From NCBI GenBank assembly GCA_040954595.2, contig CM082589.2, forward strand, positions 648,988 through 712,987: a DNA stretch of 64,000 nucleotides. The letters run 5' to 3'. Source of the DNA: Balanoglossus misakiensis. Taxonomy: Eukaryota > Animalia > Hemichordata. The position numbers were made by a program, and so were the translations under genes. Every line of letters begins with the position of its first letter. Positions within the stretch are counted from its first letter, which is position 1. This document shows positions 52,849 to 61,769 of this stretch, piece by piece. The notes beneath the pieces were generated by a model, which searched no databases, was not told the origin of the DNA, and was given only the letters and a program-made list of their open reading frames with translations.

Positions 52849-55800
52849 GTAAGTTTTCTTACACAAAGATGGAAAATTCTACCTCAAAAGTGGCAACATA
52901 ATGTAATACTCAGCTTGCTATTCTCTGTTTTTGTTTTCTTGACAGAGTCTTGTTTATATAGTGATCACTGTGGATGTATATCCACTGAAAAGCACTCAGG
53001 GAATACGAAATGTTGTCATGTTGAGTCAACCAAACAATGTCAAGCGCCTCAAACAACTGGCATTGAAGTGCCGACTATCGTCAACTCTAGGACAACGTCA
53101 GACAAGTTTTGTCGGGCACAAGAGGCTGATCAGGGTGATAGCAAAAAGAACGGTACTGACTTCAACTCAGAGGTTAGTTTTACACAAGAAAATAGGAATA
53201 CCATTGATTTTGCCAAGAAAGAATGGACTTTGAATCTTTTGAACTGATGCAAATGATAATGAATATCAGTATTATATATCATCTATTATATTTTACCAGT
53301 ATATTGATGGTGTAAATCACGCTATTTTATTGGTCGAGACACGACACGTGACCGTGATATATTAGCCATATACCACAGTCATATATCATAGTTAAAGAAA
53401 ATGCCTTTTTAAAATGTTTTATGCAAAGTTTCAATATACTGGCATAATATAATAGCAATAAAACACCCCCAGCCATGGTATACCACTCGATTTTGACCAG
53501 TTCAACTCCATATACGCACTCGCTATCGCTCGTGCGTATATGTCGTGAACTGGTCAAAATCTCGTGATATACCATGGCTGGGGGTGTTTTATTGCTTAAT
53601 CATTTTGATTTTCAGCCATGATATATTCGTAACAAAAGCATTTTATTTTTACAGGGTAACGATAGAATACATTCTGTATCTTCTTGTTTAACAATTTCTG
53701 AAAAGTCTGAAAAGGAAGCAATGCTGAGGGTTCAGAGAGCTAATGAAAGTCCTACTTTAGAAGATAGAGAAGAAGTTAACATCAGAATTGAAGACTGTGT
53801 TGAAACAGTTCAAGGTATCCAGAGTTGGACTTTTGTTCAGCTCTAATCATTCACTATTGAAATTGTTAGCACTTGAATAGTATACTTTGCAAAATACAAA
53901 CAATGTGCTCTTGAATAACAAGCATTGCCGTTTACAGTCCAGATTGTATTTGAACCAAAATTACCATAACGAATTAGGAGGTGTTGATTGTTATTATTCA
54001 TCAAGTAAAAGCAATTACTATTGTTTCATTCTGATTGATTCAGGAGAGACTGGTGTTGACAAAGTCAATTGGTTGAAGGTTATGGCTGATCTGGTATGCC
54101 AACAGAATAGTACCATATCCATTGAGAAGCACCAGGATGAAGGGGATTGTTATGAAACCATTGAAGATGATCAGGACAGTCAGAAAGATTCAACTGATAA
54201 AGTAGATTGCACAAGTCAGGAAGATGTTGAAAAGGATGACCATTTTATGCAAGATAAAAACCAAGGACAAAATCAGTACAATCAGCAACATGGGACTCTT
54301 GAAGAGGATCAGCAAGATGACACCCTTAGTAAACTTGATAAATCTCATGAAGATGAAACCCTTGAGTTAAAATGCAATGATGGTCCCCATCTTAAAAGCT
54401 GTCTGAAGAAAATGGAAGATGACAACAGTGTTGTACCAAGCACAAGGAGTGTTTTTGAAGATTCCCCTCACATTCGTTTTGGATCGCCATTGGCAGAGAC
54501 TATGGAATACGAAGTGAGTTCATGTAGCTTGGATGATACCCAGGAACTCTTCAGCCAGGAATTGGCCAATTTCATCGATCACTCCATGTATGCTGATGAT
54601 GTATATGACACTGATGACGAAATGAGTGGTCAGAGAGAGCAAAGAATTGACATCTCATGCAATGCTGAAAATCAGATCAGTGCTATTGGAACGGATATGC
54701 CAACCCACATTTTAGTTGCAGAGATGGATGAATTTGGTGATGAACAACCGCTTACTGGTGTCACTTATACTTTTCCAAGGAATCCCAATGTAGCCACTGA
54801 TGAAACTGACTATGTTGGTGAAGAATACAACTTCTGTGAAGATACAGAACATGAGAAACTTTTAAACCAAGGCAAAGAAGATGAGTGTGGTGTTGGAGTG
54901 GAGTCTGTCATGGATGTGCTTCTGACCAATGTTGTGAAAAGTGTCAGTGGCCATGACTATTCTGATATTGGACATTGCAGAGAGACATACAAGGAAAAAG
55001 AGAAATGTAGAGATGATGCAGCAGTTCCTGAAAATCCTGAGGAAAAGGTTAAAGTTGAAAAGATACCTCAGGTTGTTAGTCCAACTAACACAGAAAAGAA
55101 TTTTGCGATGGAGGAACTGTTCTTCAGGTTGGCAGGATTAGAGTATTCACGCAGCATCACTGGCAATGCCTTGGTTAGTTCACCCACAGTCTCTTCAAAC
55201 CCTCCTCAAGTGAGCCATAAGCCAGAAAACTTGATCACGAGTGATGAAGTTCGTGAAAGTTTACCAAGTGAATCAGCCGACGAGGTAGCCATCCAAAATG
55301 AAATCTCAGAAGCAGTGTCAGAGGTTATTCATCATCTGTTCCAGGAGTTGAACAAAACTTCAAACCTAGAAGAAAAAGAAAATCCTTCTCATCATCCAAG
55401 TGGCAGAAAAGTCAACAGTGGGGAAGGTGATGCGAAAACACAAGAAGATGAAGACAAATCAATGAAGGCAGTTTGTGGTGTTGAGTTGCCAAAGTTGATT
55501 CCTGATAACACTCAAATGGAATTCAAAATAGAAAGAGGTGAAGATGTGAATCAAGAAACCAAAACCCAAGTAACAAGAAAAAGAAAGGCTGATGAAGATA
55601 ATCCAGAAGAAGGAACACACATCAGTACAGAAACTCCAAAAGTTGTTAGAGAAGACTGTATGATAGACCATGAGAAAGATGAGCAGATTTCTACAAAGAA
55701 GTATAAGCATGGCACTATGCAAAGTTTGAAACCACAAATCGATACAAATGTGATTGCTTCAAGAGAGACAGCTTTCCACGATCAAATTGGCCAGACAGAA

Positions 55801-56852
55801 TTTGACGTTCAGAGCAAACCAGAAACTGGACATGCAGTTGGCATGAATGAGCTTCACTTGGATCAAGAAGTCCCTGCTGGAAAAACTGATGCAGATGATG
55901 AGTTTCCTGAAGGGCAATTTTATGAGGACAGTCATCCAGGTTAGTCAGTTTAAAATTAAATATCATTAAATCCATTTCATTGGTATAGTTGCTTTCTCTT
56001 TTGCAGGAAAAGAGTTGCTAACCATGAAATTCACCAGACTGATCGGGTGTTTTATTTAAACCCTGAACAGTCGAGAAAGTCATCGAAACAACTGAGAATG
56101 AATTAGAAGCAACCACTCCTCTCCAAGACAGTCAGGATAGCACAGATGGATCTCAAGAAGAGCCAGGTAAACCAAAGTAGCTGCGAAACATTTGATGAAT
56201 TCTACGTTGTGATTATTTTTCTAGTCTTGATATATAAGTTTCGAATATATCAGACAAAACTCATCTTATTACCCGGAATTGTTGAATACTATTTTTGAGT
56301 TTTTAATATATTTTATTGAATGTTTTTATATTTTTCAAAAGAAGATGGACATGGTGCACTGAAACAATATTCAGCTAGCGCTTTTCCATGGAGAACTGGT
56401 CAGTGTAGTCTGTGGCAGAATTCAATACTTCCACATTCACAGCAAAGAAAATCGTACTACACAGATCCAGGTAAGTCGTCGCGTTCTCTGGTGTTCATTT
56501 TGTCGTATCGTACTTACACCTGAAATAATTCTAGCGCCATCTAGAGTTACTTTTATCATCTTCTTTCTGTCGAGTTTCTGCGTATACCCTCTGCATATGT
56601 AACAAACTTTGTTTCTTTGGTTCTATGTTATCAGTGCATTGTACTTCTATTTACAATGTCTTATGTCAGAGGTTCCTTAAAATAAAGAGAAAAAATAGAC
56701 ATTGGTTTACTTTTGCTTTGTTGTTTACAGATCCAAGTGATGCTATACAGCGTGTAAGACCACTACAAAACTCTGGAGCACAGAGAAGAGTTGGGTTGTC
56801 CCGGAAACAAAGAGTGAAATCTCTTCATCCCTATATTCACAAGACTTCCTAA
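52770..56852 (+). CDS. RAD51AP2: RAD51AP2-like protein (~902 aa, acidic/disordered, C-terminal RAD51-interacting motif); join 52770-52848, 52946-53172, 53655-53814, 54044-55939, 56071-56166, 56342-56470, 56731-56852
   Basis: Seven GT-AG exons in continuous frame (2709 nt). The C-terminus IQRVRPLQNSGAQRRVGLSRKQRVKSLHPYIHKTS matches the recalled RAD51AP1/AP2 motif (R-x-GLSR-xx-R-x-K-x-LHP). The upstream RVRPL and the LHPY ending are AP2-type. Start codon and small exons are less certain than the large and terminal exons. Confidence 0.72.
52946..53172 (+). CDS. RAD51AP2: RAD51AP2-like coding exon 2 (ESCLYSDHCGC...GTDFNSE)
   Basis: Strong polypyrimidine acAG acceptor, frame of ORF 52804..53247, GAG|GTTAGT donor. 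Confidence 0.7.
53285..53599 (-). mobile_element. 315 bp non-autonomous double-hairpin DNA element (Crypton-like), copy 2, in an intron of the RAD51AP2-like gene
   Basis: Reverse complement of 30733-31047 with only scattered substitutions/indels. Confidence 0.85.
53655..53814 (+). CDS. RAD51AP2: RAD51AP2-like coding exon 3 (GNDRIHSVSSCLTISEKSEKEAMLRV...CVETVQ)
   Basis: ttttattttt-acAG acceptor, open frame, AAG|GTATCC donor. Confidence 0.7.
54044..55939 (+). CDS. RAD51AP2: RAD51AP2-like giant exon (1896 nt, D/E/Q/S-rich, low complexity)
   Basis: Within the 685 aa ORF 53887..55944; ttcAG acceptor and CAG|GTTAGT donor. Confidence 0.9.
56071..56166 (+). CDS. RAD51AP2: RAD51AP2-like coding exon 5 (VEKVIETTENELEATTPLQDSQDSTDGSQEEP)
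   Basis: 96 nt symmetric phase-1 exon with acidic composition like its neighbours; CTAAC branch-like site at ~56018; CAG|GTAAAC donor. Confidence 0.65.
56342..56470 (+). CDS. RAD51AP2: RAD51AP2-like coding exon 6 (EDGHGALKQYSASAFPWRTGQCSLWQNSILPHSQQRKSYYTDP)
   Basis: T-rich acceptor with tandem AAG/AAG (two in-frame choices); CAG|GTAAGT donor. Confidence 0.75.
56731..56852 (+). CDS. RAD51AP2: RAD51AP2-like terminal exon encoding the RAD51-interacting motif
   Basis: Strong tttacAG acceptor; DPSDAIQRVRPLQNSGAQRRVGLSRKQRVKSLHPYIHKTS*; AATAAA downstream at ~57444 and ~57696. Confidence 0.88.
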
Positions 56853-58861
56853 AAGTTAACACAAAGTTCAAGCCGTTGTATCCTTTTAGCATAAAAATTT
56901 ATATATATCCAAGACACAAGACGAAGGTCAGTAAACATCATCTTTACAGATTCAGTGTTTTAAAATGTGAAACTTTGTGTGTGTTCAATGGATGACTATG
57001 TCACTTCAATCCATTGCCAAGCTATTGCCTTGTCTGTAGAGTAAACCGTGTTGTGCTTAAAATACAGATGAGGATTTTTACTTCATCTATAAGACTGTAT
57101 TAAGTAAATGTTTCACTAAAATATAGTATAAGTAATACATTTTTAAAGTTAACTCTAATATGACAGTATTTATCATATATTTATTATTTATTGGCAAGGA
57201 AAATTGTATGTCAGCATAGTATTTATAACAGTTTTATAAGCTTGATACTTGAATTGATATTTAAAGTGTTGTGTTTTCAAGTTTGTTCAACTTTCAAGGA
57301 GTTTTAGAGACAAGTTCTTCACATGTTAAATTGTGGTGTTTTTGGGTTTAATGCCTATGGCATACATATTGTTCCGTTCATGAATGGACGAGACTGCACT
57401 TTCACATTTCTTTGGTTTAATTTTATTACCAAGGCTTGAAGGGAATAAACCTGCCAAAAACTGTACGTGGCATATTAGGTCATTTCACTGGTCAGTTAAA
57501 AAACAAAACAAGATGAAACTTTGGTGACAACCTAATACCGTTGATAAAACACTCTGAAGAACAATATTAGTTCTCCCCAGCCTAAATACCTGGTTTTCAA
57601 GATACAAAATTTAATGAGAAGAACTAACTAGTCTTTGTAACCAGCAGTTCCCCAACACTCAGTAATGTAACAAGTACATCGTATTGTTCATACACAATAA
57701 ACCCTTGTTCAGCAGTTGTGTGGACATTGCAGACTGTGTAGGTTAAATTATTTATACCCAGCACTACCATGTATGGTTAATTATTTACGCTAAATACCAC
57801 CTGCTGATAAATAATAGATCAGGTCATTGTCCAACTTATAGATATTTGAAGCTAGTTCTTTTTTAGCATCTTTAAACATTTACTTGCTACTAAGAGGATT
57901 TTTCTCTTTGCAGCACAATATTTAAACATTTGCCTGGATTTTTCTCTGCACAATAATATCAAATAATCATGAATTCAGGCTAGAATTTTAATATGAGAGT
58001 GTCTTGAAGCAGCATGGAGATGTACTGTAATATTTAATTCATGGTTTAAATGCCATCAGCACTACGTGCTGAAAATGTAAATATTTTATTCAACTACTTC
58101 ACATTTGCTTCTAAAGCCATGAAGGAGTTTGCTACCAGGTAGATCAGATCGCCGTTCCTCTGGGACGTTCCTCAGAACTAAGTTGGCCTCATCCTTTCAA
58201 AGCTGTGTCTGAAACATGGGCACCAATAGCACTTGGATATAAACAATGTGCTGTGCAGCGGAAAACCAACAAATAAAGTTTGTTAAGGTCCAGTTTGAAA
58301 TTTAATAAGCCACACAACAAAACATGCTCAGAAACAGATGCAATCAAGTGTGAATGTCACAAAACATATATTTGTACCGCTTTCACTTGTTTATTCTTGA
58401 GGACATAGCTCCATAGAATACTCAACATGCTAGAGTCCCCAATGAGTTGCCCATTCATTCCTGAGTGGGTCCTTCATGAATGCCTTTGCCCTGGGGTGAC
58501 TAAGCGGATGTATAAAAAAGAGTTTTGAATGATTTACCATGAGAACCGTGTCAAATTTCCACACAGTTTCCCATGAATACTTTTATTTGAATTGTGTGTC
58601 AGTTTACAACCACGATTACAATCATCTACGAAGAAATATAATCTGTACTGATCTCCAATGTACTGAATGTTGATTTGTATTCAGGCCAACTTTAATGATC
58701 TAATAGTAATAAACATGACCTGAATGTATATAATTAAAGCCTTGTTTGTTGTTGAAAATTGCAGGGTTTCGTAGTCAAGAAGGCTGTGTACTTGTAATGA
58801 CACAAAAGGCTTTTTAGTCAGTTCCCCTAATTAGTTTGTTCAATTTTAAAATTACCTTTAA

Positions 58862-59170
58862 TGGTTAGTTGGTTGGTTGGTTCTTAGACACTAGAGTGTA
58901 GGGTCTATGCTTGGTTGGGTGACCAACTTTAGAGTGTGACTAGTCCATCAGGTTGTTTATGATTGATTATTGGTAAGTTGGTTAGTGGGTTGCTTGATTT
59001 TTAGAGATTGTTTGATTCATCAGGTGATTGATTGATTGTAACTTGATGAAAACTTGGTAGTCAAGAAGTTTGTTTTCTTTGATGTTTTGTTTGTATATTT
59101 GATTGTTGCTGATTGTTTTGTGGCTGACCTGTTTGGTTCATTGGTGATTGATCAGTCGATCAATTGATAG
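58862..59170. repeat. Degenerate (TTGG/TTGA/TTAG)n tetramer region
   Basis: 4 bp periodicity visible throughout. Confidence 0.7.
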
Positions 59171-61013
59171 ATAGAACAGTTCATCAAATGTTGGTCTGTC
59201 CACTAGCTGATAAGCATGCTTGTTCAAAACAGATCTTATCACTGATTCACATCCATCCAGGCCAGTACATGAACTCATGCGTTTAAAATTACTGACATAA
59301 AACACAGGATCTTATACATGTAAATAATACTTTTATTAACATTCTGTAATTATACGTGTAAATGGCAAGAAAAGTAGTGAGGTGCCTCTGTGTATTTACA
59401 AAGTGTGTTTATGACATACAAATTTTGAAATCAGGTAATCTGTCATATAAGAAAGAGTTTACAAATTATACTCTGGTGGGTTTAGAAAAGGTTTGAGTTC
59501 ACAACATTAATCATAATTATTGCAAGGGAGAAAACAACCACAAATACATAGATACAAATGTTTTTCGATACTTGAATTCACATGGGAGTGTCTCGTGAAT
59601 GAGATGAGTTCTCTGCAGCAGCATTGGCGACTAGTTTGGCAGGCTTTCTCTCTCTGGCTGTATCATTGTACAAAGTGGCAGTGTTTTCGCTCAAGGATGT
59701 GTCAAATGATTTTATACATGTATAGGTTCTATGAAATCAAATTCATAAACCCTTGATTTTTTCATTATGAAAAACATCTGCAAAGGGGGCTAAGATGAGT
59801 CAGAGGTATATTTTTCCTGAGAGCTTTAGGTATTTCAACAGACTGAACAAGAAACTGTGATCGGTGCATAGATCCACAAGGAAAATAGATGACAATCCCT
59901 TTTTAACAAAAAGTTACAGTTCTGGTATAAACACAGCACTTGGAAATCTGTGCAATAGTATGTCTCCAAGGTCGAAGTGACCGTGGAGATGATCACAAAC
60001 CAGATTAAATTAAACCTAGCCACTGCATGTTAAAGTATGTTGACAAACTAATAAAACCACGTGCTGTATAAAAGACAGCATGTTACTGTAAACTTTACGA
60101 TGTGATGTGATTGAATGATTGAAAAAAAAAACGATTTTTGTTTATCAATGTTCATACATCACTGAAGTACATTCATGTTTTTTTCCCCAACTTCCCTGGC
60201 TACTGAAAGGACAACAGTCCTATTTTTTTAACCAGTTGGCAGAAAACTCCTATTAAACTTGCCCTCCTAACCTTCAGACTGGTACGTACCACCACAGATT
60301 CCTCGTAAAGGAACTATTATGAAAATCACATGTTCCCGGCTACAGACAGTTATTTATTCAGACGAAAGTAAAACACGTCTCTGCACATAATCTCTTACTT
60401 GTAAACACGAAAGTGGTGATCAAAAACATATGCATCAGTTACTCGGAAAACACAGCTCAGACCCGACCTTTGCTGTATAAAACTCACGCCCATGTATTTG
60501 ACAAGAAACAGGCCAGTCGCACCACTCAATGTTTCTGCATTCCAAAGTTCTCATGTGAGTGCAGTTTTTATATCCCCGCGATTTACGTGACCGAGTTTAC
60601 TTAAAGTAAACACCGGCCATGGTTGAACAAGTATTAAGTGACTTGGACGGATTATCATGTTATTGGTTTGTCAGTTTTTCACATATTTCAACCAAGCAGC
60701 AAAAGTTGACATGAATACGAGGTACGAAAAAGTGAAGAATTCAGCTTGAACAACCCAGGCGTTGCGGAAGGGTCATGAATCGATCATCGGTTGACGAACC
60801 AGGCGATTCTGGTCGACAAGTAAACCTTGGAAGTTCCAAACGTTTGGTGGTAGAAATTCATGTCTTATTTCTATGGCATGAAAGTTTACCAAAACTGAAA
60901 TATTTGCACATACCGTGTCATATTGTCCTGTTAAAATGAACGTCAAAATGACGCAACCAAAATTTAAACACTCTTTCCATTGTAGTAATATGAAATGATA
61001 TCCAAAGTAGAGA

Positions 61014-61769
61014 TTACGATATCTTGTTATTGATCCTGAGAGGCGACGGCAGGTGATCATCGTCGATGAATGGCGAGTTAAAAACGATCTTATTCGACTG
61101 CATCATTTCTCGAGATCGCGACCTTGAATTCCTTCCTTCAGCATTATCATTGTAGGGGCTCCTAGCGAAGTCTGCAGTTAGCCATTTCATAATATATCCC
61201 TTTTTGGTGCTTGGTGTTGGTGACTGCACATTGGGCAGTCTGACATTCGCAGAATCTTTGGTGGGTTTAAGTTTCTCTCCGCTTTTTGTGGGTTCTAGTT
61301 TCGCGTCAGGACTGTTTTTGATGTGCTGGTGGGTCAGCGTCAAGTTTGTGTTTGGTCTCCCGGCAGCTGCATATAACGGATCCTGGTCCTTGCTCCATTT
61401 CGAGAAGAATTTGCACTGGTTGGTGGACAGCTCCGGTAAAACGCCTTGGATCACTTTGCTGTGCTTGGCGGCTCCTTGGTTCCGAATCTTCGGGTACAAA
61501 TAAGTTTCTTTCGAGCTTTTAGGCGCTCTGAGGAATCGCTTAGTCTGTCGGTAAAGCAGCGGGACTGCGGTTACTTGTGATCGGTGAAAGAAATCAGATT
61601 TCTCCTTGTTGTTGGGGTAGCTTGTCTTGAAGCCAGTCAGATTAGTTTGCGGTCTGTCCGGTAACTGCCACACTTGGAGTTCAGGCAACGTGGTTCTTTC
61701 TACGTAGAAAGTGTTTGCCCGACTAAGGTCGGGGAACTTCACCGACTTCTTTGGTTCCAGCGTAGCCAT
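61014..61769 (-). CDS. Uncharacterised 251 aa basic, Pro/Lys/Ser-rich protein, CDS in a single exon
   Basis: Long ORF with good start context (cagcATGG) and GC raised above the flanks. A strong acceptor (gtttgtttggtcttatttacAG) at 61846 lies upstream of the ATG. No family recognised. Confidence 0.8.
   Translation of the reverse strand: MATLEPKKSVKFPDLSRANTFYVERTTLPELQVWQLPDRPQTNLTGFKTSYPNNKEKSDFFHRSQVTAVPLLYRQTKRFLRAPKSSKETYLYPKIRNQGAAKHSKVIQGVLPELSTNQCKFFSKWSKDQDPLYAAAGRPNTNLTLTHQHIKNSPDAKLEPTKSGEKLKPTKDSANVRLPNVQSPTPSTKKGYIMKWLTADFARSPYNDNAEGRNSRSRSREMMQSNKIVFNSPFIDDDHLPSPLRINNKIS

Noticed and set aside
53887-54043. N-terminal extension of the 685 aa ORF from a TTG start
   Set aside because: Intronic sequence upstream of the acceptor at 54043; the frame enters by splicing.
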